Positions 36,530-47,376 of a stretch of DNA of 64,000 nt are shown one piece after another. This DNA is from an uncultured Methanosarcinaceae archaeon. Lineage in GTDB: Archaea > Halobacteriota > Methanosarcinia > Methanosarcinales > Methanosarcinaceae. Both the position numbers and the translations under genes were made by a program. Below the pieces are notes generated by a model. The model saw only the letters and a program-made list of their open reading frames with translations. It had not been told where the DNA came from and did not search any database. How positions within the stretch are numbered: position 1 is the first letter of the stretch; each line of letters starts with the position of its first letter. The stretch spans positions 1 through 64,000 of the forward strand of contig CAWHXP010000007.1 of NCBI GenBank assembly GCA_963833425.1. The letters run 5' to 3'.

Positions 36530-37560
36530 CTAAGGATTTTTAGTTGAGTTGGCAAGGCAATGATCGAATTTCTCACTCAATGTTTTTTCATCTACTGTTC
36601 CATGCGCGCCGATAGCAACAATCTTTGTACACGGTGTACGCTTACCCCATTCCTCCGCAAGCGTGATGTCAACACGCTTGCCAATTACCTGTAGCACTGC
36701 GCGTTTATCGGGGGTGTCGGCAGTGAAGATCACACCCTTGCAACGATAGATATTCGCTGGAAGGCGCGATGTCACTTCCCATAGCGCTTCGATTGATAGC
36801 GGTTGGTTGGTCTCATAGCACCAGGTACTGAAGGTAAGCGTATGATCGTTGTGATGCTGTTGACATTGTGGGTCATTACAGATTCGTTCATCATGGTAGT
36901 TGGTATCGAAGTCCAACTGCGACGTGTCGAAGCGCCCGGCAGAGAGCAATATTTCCAACGGAACATCACACTTCCTAGCCTCGATGATCCTGTAACGATG
37001 GAAATGCTCATCAAGATAAGCTTTGATCCTCTCGATCTGGTCGCGATCCACCAAGTCTATCATTATTCAAGAACAACATGTCTGCTGTAGCAATCTGCCA
37101 GAGTTTGAGTCGGATTTGCTCCGGCGAATTGAAAACCTGCTCCGCATCCATCACGCAAGTGATGCTATCGAGCCGGATGCTATCACGGAAACGTGCATCG
37201 GTAAAAGTTATCGCGATTCCTGCCGGGTCGGCGAAGCCGCTGGCTTCGAGGAGGATGTATTCAGGGTTCTCGGGGCGTTCCATCACCTGTTCAACCGCTC
37301 GATCAGGTCATCGCGGATCAAGCAGCAGACACAGCCGTTGGAGAGGCTTATGACGTCGCTCTCACTCCGACCACGAGATCGGCATCGATGTTGATGGAGC
37401 CGAAGTCGTTCACGAGCACGGCCACACTCAAGCCGTGATCACCGTTGGGAATAAGGTTGAGAAGCGTGGTCTTGCCTGCACCAAGGAAAACGGTCAGGAC
37501 GGTGACGGGCACAGCCCGTCGTTCCATTGGCATTTCAAGTTCCGATGGGTTCATTTTCAA
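36530..37560 (-). pseudogene. CobW/COG0523 metallochaperone GTPase pseudogene
   Basis: FLGAGKTTLLN, VNDFG, LSNGCVCCL, LEASG and the C-terminal RCKG domain, split over several frames. Confidence 0.85.
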
Positions 37561-37599
37561 GCACGTGGTGTGTAAGGATCACTCGTTTCTATGGGGATC

Positions 37600-38939
37600 G
37601 GGGGATACTTCTTGAGGCTCTCCTGGAAAGATACAAGTGCCTTGGCTATCCCATGCAACACCCAGCCGTGTGTGATGGTTGTCTGCAGACTTTCGTCCGA
37701 CCGCTCTCAGGGTTGATATAGAGATCGAACAGTCTAGGGATAGCTAGCTTCTGCGGAGCGTCGTTCATACTTTCTTGCCAAATAAAATGCGCTTTCCAGT
37801 TGCACCACTTTACCGCATAAAGATTGGTTCCCAGAAATACCGGTAACCATTCACGCGCCGAATGCTCCTGCTTACCCAACATAAAACCTGTCTGGTCCAA
37901 GTCCGTAGATAGCCCTATCGATAGGAATCTCAGCACCACCAATCAATGCCAACGTGGTATACACGTCCCCTTCGTGCACGATTTAGTTGCTCACGCTACC
38001 TTAGGAATCTTGCCCGGCCAGCGGATAATTAAGGGCACACGCGGAGAGCCTTCAATAGTGGTCACGTAAGATCCAGACCACGGACCGTTCCAGCCACGCC
38101 ACGCTCGCGTGTCCTCAGGTCCATTATCGCTACAGAATATGAAAATTGAATTATCCTGGATTTTCAAGTCTGCCACAGCGTCGAGCATCTGTCCCACGCA
38201 CCAGTCAACCTGGGCAAGCACATCAGCAAAGTCTCAGTGTCCTGTTTTACCAGAGAATTTATTCGATGGTTCTGTTGGCAGGTGCGGCTGGGTTATCGGT
38301 ACGTAGGCGAAGAAAGGTTTCCCCCTTTCACGCTACGCTTCATGAAGTCGATAGTCTTCTAAGTGACCTCGACGTCAATTTCACGACTGGCATCAGCGTC
38401 GTAGACTTTCAATTTCTTAGTCTCCTCGCCCCGATGACCCTCCATGATATACTCCAAGCTTGCAATCGTAGGATCGAAATCCGATTGCTGTGCCCACATG
38501 CTTTCGTCCAACGAGTTAGGGATACCCCACCATTCATCGAAGCGTTGGTCATTCGGATAGCGCCCTTGGCTATCTCCAAGATGCCACTTATCATAATGAA
38601 CCGTAGAGTAGCCCTTTTTGGACAGCATTTCCGCTAGCGTGATCTCCCACTGCACCAGCCCGTAGGAGCGACCATCAGCCGGGACAGTGTGAGTGCCAGA
38701 GCGAATTGGGTAGTCTGGCCTGTTATGAGTGCGAAACGGCTGGGAGTACACGATGATTCAACATTGAAGTTCATCAGCCTCATCCCCTCGCCGGTGAGTT
38801 TGTCGAGCCGCGGCGTCGGAGGTCCACGCAGAATGCCACCGCCATAAGAGCCGAGTTTGCCGTAGCCAAGGTTGTCAGCGAAGATTAGGACAATGTTTGA
38901 TTTATTGTCTGCGGTGTTAGCAACTGATTTAGGTGTCAT
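37600..38939 (-). pseudogene. Arylsulfatase pseudogene
   Basis: [19 protein letters not shown] (CxPxR), KWHLG, SDNGPE and RVPLIIRWPG across frameshifts. Confidence 0.85.
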
Positions 38940-39169
38940 GAATTTATCCTCCAGTTTATGATTGTTGATGATTACTTGATCCACGTTAGTTGTCCCTCAC
39001 TTTCTAGTATCCTTCATGGCTATCTGCGACTCCACAATCCAGTTCTATGCATGTCAAATAGCCGGTTGCGGCTCTTGCTCACTACATAGCCGTCGATGCG
39101 GTCGTAATCGATGTTTTCAGCCCATGATGACTAAGTTCAGGCTGTCGACGTATCACCGAACTCGTGCAT

Positions 39170-40537
39170 GAGCAAAAGCAGACACATCCATGTTTCACGG
39201 TTACTTCATTGGGGCGGCTATTTTTTCTCCCCACCTGGCAACATTTTCTCGACATCAATCTTCAAGCTCTTAGGGAATGCCGTGTGACGCTCACGATAGA
39301 CATCAGGAGGGTAGTATTTCTTCGGATCGATCTACTGGTCGCGCCCAGCCTGCTCCACGAGGTCCTAATATTTATTCCAGGAGTCAGGGTAGGTGACTTC
39401 GGTCTTCGTGGGACTGAAATCGAAAATCTCAACGGCATCCCTGGAACTGGGTCTTGCGGAGTTACCTGATTCGGGGATTGCGGCTTTGCGCGTCCAGATT
39501 GCTTCCTTGGTCACGTTGACGACGACTCCGTCAGACGCTCCGAACTGGAACAACCCGTCCCAATGCGTCCGGATTCCTGCGATTATTTCAGGGATAAGTC
39601 CCTCGCAGTATTGTATATGAGTTGCCATTGCAACGCGCTGCTAGGACCTGCTTGAAGAGGTATCCTGTAGCATAATGGACTGTGTGTGCGATGTCGATGG
39701 CTGTGGTGCCGATGATTGGTGGCATCCCGAACTTCATCGCTTGGACGTTCAGGTGTCCGGGATCAACTCGGTGACGAATACATCCGCACCCTTAGAGAGC
39801 TTGGCTGTCAGCTCGTCGGGGCGGACTTCGCCTGTCCAGACAAAGCTTAAACCATTCCATTCGAGCCAATAGGCTGAGGCACCGTCCTTGTTGTGTGTGC
39901 GGCGTCAGTGGCGGATGATTACACCATCCTTATCGTTGCAAATGCCATTGTCGTCACGGAAATCGAACTCTTTGACCTCGACCTCATAGACCGTCATCCA
40001 TCGGCATGGCATTGAAACATCCGTATTCCAGTAGGTCATACCCTTCATGTGATAGATCATTGCTTTAGTGCTGTCTTTTGGCGTGCTACCGATGGGCCAG
40101 TCACACGCAACGGCTTCCAGCGACCCAGCCACGGAGAAAGGCAGTAGATGTACGGCAGTTCGCCATAGTGATCAATATGCAGATGGGTGAGAAAGACGTC
40201 ATTGACCATCACTAGTGGCACCTGCATAGCGACAATGTTGCGTAGGCAGCCTGGGACGAGATCGAAAAAGAACCTTTTACCATGCCCAACTCGACCATGA
40301 TACAGGTGGCTGCCTGCGTCCGTGTGGGCGGAACGGGCGAACTACCCATGAACGATATGCGCATTTCGTCTGGACCAAGTTCTTCAAGACCGGGAGAATA
40401 GTTGTTTGAGTTCTTCACCGAGGGCGTTGGCCGGTAGTAAGGCGGTAACGTGATACCTGTGTTCGGCTTCCCACAGTAAGGGTTCTTTACTTGATACTTC
40501 TCATCAGTGTTTTCGGATGTTTCATCAGTTTACACAT
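39170..40537 (-). pseudogene. Metallo-beta-lactamase-fold hydrolase (RNase Z/AtsA-like) pseudogene
   Basis: EELGPDEMRISFMGS, FLTHLHIDHYG (HxHxDH) and a C-terminal ATH, fragmented by frameshifts. Confidence 0.75.
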
Positions 40538-40613
40538 GTACCCTTCCTTTATTGGAAAATTCTTGAAGATACAAATAATAGGAAAGGAATTTCTTCTCCT
40601 TCACCCGATTACA

Positions 40614-40825
40614 GAGATATTACTGAGCATAAAAAAGACAGAAGAAATTATTAGGTTATCAAATATTTATAACCGTAGTCTAATAGAAGCTAGCTTGTAC
40701 CCCTTAGTAGCCATTGGACATGATGGTAAAATTACTGATATAAATCTTCAACAGAATTGATTACTAGTTATTCACGGGACGAACTTATTGGTACCGATTT
40801 TACGAACTATTTCACTAATCCATAA
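40614..40825 (+). pseudogene. PAS-domain fragment of a sensor protein
   Basis: DITEHKKTEE..YNRSLIEASL.PLV.IGHDGKITDIN..SRDELIGTDF.NYFT.P with a frameshift. Confidence 0.7.
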
Positions 40826-40899
40826 AAATATTTTTAATAGTCCTAATAAATACTACTTTTTTTGCATTGTTTCAACTTGTCCTAAGAGAACTTACGACA

Positions 40900-41655
40900 T
40901 TTGTTCAAAGCACCTTTCATTCTCAATATCTTAGTTTCCTAATACAACCCGATAGATTAAGGTTTCAATATTTCAATCCTAAAAAAACATCAATTCGCCT
41001 AGTATCTAGTCCTTTCCGTCCAACTTGTGGCCACAATTTCAAATAAGGTGATGGCTACTAAAATAATCAAAGGATAGGTCACTTAGACATAACAGTAATC
41101 TGACTTAAAATGAACTGGACTTTAGATTAATAGTCAAATATCTAGAAAATTCCGATTGGATGCAAATATATCAGAGGAACAAATTAGTTAGCTCCAAAAT
41201 TTCTACACTATCAAACCCAACCATAATTTTATGCTCCGTTAACTGTAAAAGCTGCCCATAGTAGGGATGATGGAAAGGCTTCTCATTTGGTGATTCTTCG
41301 GCCATTTTGAAGTAGCAATCCCTGCATTTTTCTATAAATTCTTCGCTTTTACCTTCCCATTTGCCCGAATGGTAGTATTTTGATACTAAAATTCTTGCCT
41401 TTGGGTGCCATTTTCCAGGTAATGAGAATGATTAATTTTCCTAATTGTAAAAATTTACACTGATTTTGCAACAAAGCCAGATTTTTTGCACCACAACTAG
41501 TTTAAGGAAAGAATTTCCAAAGTACTTAGGAAAACATAACCTTGGATATCGATATCATAAAATTATTTGGGCTTCAATTAATCTACAACTGGATAATCAC
41601 AGTGGAAAAATATTTTTTTAGTCATCCTATAAAATGGGTTGTGGTGCAAAAAGTT
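40900..41655 (-). mobile_element. Possible degraded IS (IS1-like) relic
   Basis: Inverted copies of GTTGTGGTGCAAAA near 41484-41497 and 41638-41651, plus a weak GK..CRDC InsA-like remnant. Family uncertain. Confidence 0.3.
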
Positions 41656-41791
41656 CTGTCTATATAAATTTTGGTGGATTTATGGATTACATCCCATTAA
41701 CTGACCAAAGTTAATAGGAGAGCTTCCTACAGTACCGCGGTTGTAGAATTGTTTGTGGATTTTCAATTAGAGAAACAGTTGTTGTTGCGGG

Positions 41792-42811
41792 TCATCCTAT
41801 AAATTTCCCTAATGCAAAGGGCATGTTTCCTACATTCATCTTGGATCTAACAGTGTTTGCTGCAGTGTCAATTATAACGACCGTGTTGTCCCCAGGGTTT
41901 GTCAAATAAACCTTTGTTCCGTCAGGAGTGATTGCAGCTCCTACAGGATTAGATCCAATATGTACCGTGGCTATAACGGTGTTAGTGGATGTATCGATTA
42001 CAGAAACTGTGCCACTTCCCTCATTAGCCACATATACCTTTGTTCCATCAGGTGTGACTGCAGCTTCCCACGGAGTGTTTCCCACATCTATTGAAGCTGT
42101 AACAGTGTATGTAGCTGCATCAATTACAGATACATTGCTGCTTTCTTGATTCGTCACATATACCTTTTTTCCATTTGGTGTGATAGCAATTCCCTTTGGC
42201 TTTAGCCCTACATTCACGGTGGCTGTGACCATGTTTGTAGCTGTGTCAATTACAGTTACATTGTTGCTATCGTAGATTGCCACATACGCCTTTGTTCCCG
42301 CTGGGTTGACTACAACTCCTTCAGGTTCCCCGCTCACATTCACCGTGGTTGTAACCCTGTTGATTGCTGTGTTAATTACAGAGACATTGCTATCTCCTGA
42401 ATTCGTCACATATATAGTTGTTCCATCCGGGGTTACTGCAACTCCCGCAGGACAGAATCCTACATTTATCGTATCTGTGACCTTTTTTGTGGCAGTATCA
42501 ATTATAGATACAGTGTTGCTGCCCTCGTTCGCCACATATACTTTTGTTCCATCATTGGCGACCGTGACTCCTTCTGGTGATGATCCTACATCCACAGTGG
42601 CAATAATGGTGCCAGTGGATGTGTCAATAACCGAGACATTGTTGCTGCCGTCGTTCGTGATATATGCACATGTTGCCTTCGGCGATGAACTTTGTATAGG
42701 AGCTGCCGAAGCTACAGATAAAACGAAAATTAAAGAAAATACCACCAACGAAATTGCCAACTTCTTATTTTCGTTGCTAAATAACTGTTTCACCATTTGT
42801 TTAAGCCCCAA
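41792..42811 (-). CDS. Secreted YVTN beta-propeller surface protein
   Basis: Signal-peptide-like N-terminus and about seven YVTN/YVAN-SVID-VG.P repeats. Confidence 0.9.
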   Translation of the reverse strand: MGLKQMVKQLFSNENKKLAISLVVFSLIFVLSVASAAPIQSSSPKATCAYITNDGSNNVSVIDTSTGTIIATVDVGSSPEGVTVANDGTKVYVANEGSNTVSIIDTATKKVTDTINVGFCPAGVAVTPDGTTIYVTNSGDSNVSVINTAINRVTTTVNVSGEPEGVVVNPAGTKAYVAIYDSNNVTVIDTATNMVTATVNVGLKPKGIAITPNGKKVYVTNQESSNVSVIDAATYTVTASIDVGNTPWEAAVTPDGTKVYVANEGSGTVSVIDTSTNTVIATVHIGSNPVGAAITPDGTKVYLTNPGDNTVVIIDTAANTVRSKMNVGNMPFALGKFIG

Positions 42812-43789
42812 ACTCTTGATAAATTTTAGTTAACTTTTAAAACACAATTGTGGAATATATGCATATTATATGCATATACTATAATATATGTGGAAATATA
42901 AATAAGGAACAAATAAATTTATCGGCCATTTTTATCTTTCTACGTTTTGATGATACTAATGGTCAGTAAACTTCTTAATGTAAATTTGACTCAAAGATCA
43001 ATCATCGTTAGCTTGCGCATTTATACCTTTAGTGCTTCTTCCAGCTTCAATATACTTAATATCCTAGAATCTCGAATTCTTATTATTATTCCTAATAATA
43101 AAATTTTAATAACTATAACTATATGTTAGCATAAGTATAAATTATCTGACATTTGTTTTTTTTTTAAACCGTTAACTTTGGTATTCATATCTATTATAAA
43201 ACATTGAACAAGAAGACAATCTTCTTTCGATTGACCTCCAAGAAAGGCGAAAAAGATCCAGAAAAGCAGGCTCCAGAAATGTTTGAACCTCATAAAATTT
43301 TTTACCGATGAAATCGAAATTTTCGATATGAAATTTCCAACTGTGTTTATGTAAAGTACAAAAGTGAGATGAAAATTTTGACGTAGGTTCTATATATGGG
43401 AAATAGTTTCAGAGACTCTCATTTCTGGAATAAGCAATTTCAATGATTTTTTTTCTCAGGAGATCAGATTGCTTCATGGCTTGGATCTTTCTGAATGTAT
43501 ACCAATCTGTGGATAAAATATACAACCACAGAATCTCAAGGATTGTATAGGAAGTACCAAGGTTGATCTAATACAGATAATTCAAGAAGCAGAAAGAAAA
43601 ATAACAAGTCAAAAGAATTTTTTAACCAAAAAAGAAATCAATTGGATAGCAGAGGCAATTATTACTCTACAAGAAAAATAGCCACAATAACGTAGCATCT
43701 AATTGCAAATGATGAGATTTATGAGATTAAAAAAGTGCGAAAATGGGGAAATTCATGAAAGAAAGATTGTCGAGACTGAGAAATCCTAA

Positions 43790-44922
43790 GAAAATTTCGA
43801 TAAACTTCGGATTTTATTTCTTAGCAGGAATTTCTCATATCTTCCACTCAATTTCTCTATTTAATTCCTCTTTTTGGCTTTACTTTATTCTCAATTCTTT
43901 GATTTTAAAGATAGCTTCCGCTATCTTCAATATACTTTTTTTATTTTCAATGTCCTCAATTGATGGAGATTATAACAAAAAGCCGTAAACAACATTTTTA
44001 GATTTACTCTTTTAACAGTAGTAACAAAAACTCTTCCTGCTTTGAAAATTTCATTCGTTACTGAATAAACTCTTTCTCCTGGGACTCTTTTTGAGCTAAT
44101 TCTCTTATTTCTTAATATATCCTTTATTCCCAGCGTATGTCCTTTGACCGTTCTTTTCATTGTTGCATTATACCCTTTCGTTTTTGCTCCAAAGTATCCT
44201 CTGCCCCTATAAACCACTTCTTTTTCCTCTGTTATATCTACATACGAATCATGTACTTACGCAGTTGTTGTTTTGAATCTTCTGATCAGCTCATAATCTC
44301 TGTCTATTATATTATGAAACTTATATCCAAAGTGAAACTTACCTCCCTTCTTTATCCATGTTCCGTCTCTGATTATTCTTGTTTTTGCCTCATCTCTCTG
44401 CTTTTGCATGTCATGGATCTGAATGGATAAAAGTAGCATCCTGAATCATTCATTGCTTTATCCGTAAATCCAGAGCATCAAGTTGGCTTTGCAACTTTCC
44501 CCATATTTTCTTTGAAATTCTCGATAATTCTCTCCCTAAATAGCCATACAGTAGTACTGTCAGGTATGTATTCCAGAAATCCAAGGAATTTCCTAAAAGA
44601 AATTCGATCTATACACTGTTCTCAAGTTCAAAATCAGAGAGCCTGTGCCATTGTTGCAAAATAAGCATTTTGAACATCACAACGATATCAGTTTCAGGTC
44701 GCCCTCCCGAAATGGTTTTGTCGATATACATAGACTCAAGGATAATACGAAACGTTTTCCAATCAATTAAGGAAGCAATTCAGCAAGCTGATCTCCACCA
44801 GATTCAAGACGTTTATACTCTTCTTGAAGAGCAAAATCAATAAGAGTTTTCATGAATATACATAAATATTGACAAATTTAAAGTCAACCATGCTCAAGAA
44901 CATGGAGTTTATCGAAATTCTC
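43790..44922 (-). mobile_element. IS5-family insertion sequence with a frameshifted transposase
   Basis: 19-bp TIRs GAAAATTTCGATAAACTTC / reverse complement GAGAATTTCGATAAACTCC (17/19). Fragments GGRPETD, DGTWIKKGGKFHFGYK and KRVPGERVYSV. Confidence 0.85.
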
Positions 44923-44946
44923 TATAGTAACTACCATAAAAATGAA

Positions 44947-45033
44947 GAGTATTCCGAGAAATCCAAATGTTTTGTCGTCCCATCTAAATCGTATATTAAT
45001 GTCGTGAAGGCCAGAGATTTTTTGATAATCCTC
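44947..45033. mobile_element. MITE-like element, copy 4
   Basis: GAGTATTCCGAGAAATCC...GTGAAGGCCAGAGATTTTTTGATAATCCTC, about 25 bp from the IS5 end. Confidence 0.6.
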
Positions 45034-45103
45034 TAAAGCGTACAAAATATTACATACCATCAATGGAATAAATTGTAGGTGCAGAAAGTCCGAGGTAATA
45101 ATT

Positions 45104-46366
45104 TTGAGAAATGACTCGAGTTCAGAAACGCTTGAAGCCTGGATAATCCGACTTCGGCGCGAATTTCACCAATACCCAGAACTTAGTTTTAAAGAATACG
45201 AAACCCAGAAACAAATACTGAAAAAACTTGGAGAATTGGGAATAGAAGCAAAGAAAATTGCAGATACAGGCGTGCTTGCAAGTATTAAAGGTAATGCCCC
45301 TGGTCCCTGCATCGCTCTTCGATCGGATACTGACGGACTGGAAGTACAGGAAAAATTGACAGAAAGAAACGGAGACTATATTTCAAAAAACAATGGAGTA
45401 ATGCACGCCTGTGGGCATGACGGACATATGGCAATGCTCTTTGGAGCTGCTAGGCTTTTTCAGGAAACTGGGAACTTCCCTGGAGAAGTCCGTCTCATCT
45501 TTCAGCCTGCAGAAGAAATCCCTCAAGGTGGTTCGAAAAGAGTGATTGCAGAAGGAGGGCTCGAGGGGGTGGATGCAATTATAGGTATGCATATATTTAC
45601 CAACTACGAATCGGGTAGCATTGGTCTTCATCCTGGGCCCTTCATGGCAAGCACCAACCGATTCGAGGTCACGCTTAAGGGAAAAGGAGGTCACATATCA
45701 GAACCTGAAAGCTGCATTGATCCTATCAGGATTGCAATCGACTTCATAAATACTCTCTACGCTGCCCTGGAAAATAAACTAGAACCGGATAAATATGTCC
45801 TGGGAATAGGAAAGATCCAGGGAGGAGCTCAATTTAACAGAACTCCTGATAATGTAGGAATCCTTGGAAGCTACAGGACTTTTTATAAGGAGACCACATA
45901 TACTATTGACAAAACTATAAAGGATTGCTTGGATACCTTAATGGAAAAGTATAGGAAACCTAGAGAAGAATTAATAGGTTTTCCAGATTACGATCTTGAA
46001 ATTCTCCATGGCTATCCTGTCCTTGTGAATGACCCTACTTTCACAAGTGCAGTTCATTCAAAACTTCAGAAGAGTCTCCCAGAACTCAAAATATATTCAG
46101 AGATAACAAAAACATTCGCATCCGAAGATTTTGCAAGTTATCTCCAAATAGTGCCTGGAGTATTCATTTATCTAGGCTCAAGGAATCCACAAAAAAAAAT
46201 TGTTGAAATCAATCACTCATGCACTTTTGATATTGATGAAGAAATCCTAATTACTGGCACAAATATTTTTTATACTGTTTCTCTAGACTTTTTGAAAAAT
46301 CCAGAGAAATACATCAATTCTAAAAGAGATTTCCGCAAGAAATATTTCAATCCTGAACTACTTTGA
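45104..46366 (+). CDS. M20-family amidohydrolase
   Basis: RREFHQYPELSFKE, MHACGHDGH, FQPAEE and SEDFA. Confidence 0.92.
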   Translation: MRNDSSSETLEAWIIRLRREFHQYPELSFKEYETQKQILKKLGELGIEAKKIADTGVLASIKGNAPGPCIALRSDTDGLEVQEKLTERNGDYISKNNGVMHACGHDGHMAMLFGAARLFQETGNFPGEVRLIFQPAEEIPQGGSKRVIAEGGLEGVDAIIGMHIFTNYESGSIGLHPGPFMASTNRFEVTLKGKGGHISEPESCIDPIRIAIDFINTLYAALENKLEPDKYVLGIGKIQGGAQFNRTPDNVGILGSYRTFYKETTYTIDKTIKDCLDTLMEKYRKPREELIGFPDYDLEILHGYPVLVNDPTFTSAVHSKLQKSLPELKIYSEITKTFASEDFASYLQIVPGVFIYLGSRNPQKKIVEINHSCTFDIDEEILITGTNIFYTVSLDFLKNPEKYINSKRDFRKKYFNPELL

Positions 46367-46548
46367 TGAAATCTGAAGACCTGTAGATTTGGGAGCATCG
46401 GGATCTCTGAATCTTTTTTGGAAAATAAATAAATCATGTAGTACTCTAAATTCATCTATTAAACTTAAAAAATAGTATCAAATTTCTTAGGAAAATTTAG
46501 GGATCGTCTCATTTATAGTATTTCCACAACTCATGGATAAGATCGAAA

Positions 46549-46986
46549 ATGATGATACAAGAATATGAAGATTCCAGAAAGGAAGAAGTTTGTGCCGTTG
46601 TTCTTGGTGTCCTGCTGGAGCATGGTTTTGAATATGACAGATTTAAGGATGCCGACCTTGAGGATATTAACAACTATTACTTCACAAGTGGAGGTACTTT
46701 TTTTATAGGAGTTGCCGATAGCAAGGTTGTAGGTACTGCAGGTGTCCGAAAATGTAAGGGGAATCTATGCGAAATCAGACGCATCTACATTAAAAAAGAT
46801 TTCAGAGGGAAAGGGGATGGGAAAAAACTTTTTATAGCTGCATTGGAATTTGTCGAAGAAAATTGCTCAGGTGTCATGCTTAAAACCGATCCCATTCTCA
46901 AGAACGCTATAGACATGTACCTCAGGAATGGCTTTACTTTCCAGAAAGAAAAAAATGGGCATATATACTTCGAGAAAAAATTTTAA
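46549..46986 (+). CDS. GNAT-family N-acetyltransferase
   Basis: EIRRIYIKKDFRGKGDG acetyl-CoA loop and AIDMYLRNGF. Confidence 0.88.
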   Translation: MMIQEYEDSRKEEVCAVVLGVLLEHGFEYDRFKDADLEDINNYYFTSGGTFFIGVADSKVVGTAGVRKCKGNLCEIRRIYIKKDFRGKGDGKKLFIAALEFVEENCSGVMLKTDPILKNAIDMYLRNGFTFQKEKNGHIYFEKKF

Positions 46987-47376
46987 ATTATTTTGCTAAA
47001 TCACAAAATTTTGTCATATTCTTATGAGTAGTATGAAAATGAATGATAAAAACCTGAGGTTAATTAAACTTTTCTTTAATGTTCGAGTTGCTCCAGTAGA
47101 ATCGCAGCTGTAAAATGTGCAGCCTGCATCATCCGATTTGCTTATTCAAGAACTAATTCAAAAATGTGAAAACTACTTCCTGGATTTTAGTATTTCCAGT
47201 GGTTTAAATTTTAATTTTGATTAGCTAAGGAATTTTACTACTGACTGCATCAATTTAATGACCACAATTTTTGGCAGATTATTTCTAGAACCCGGATAGC
47301 ATTTGTTGAAATTTGATTTTTATCGAAATTGTCTATATGTTTCTGAGTATATTTTTCTATTATCGTTCTGTTTTTC

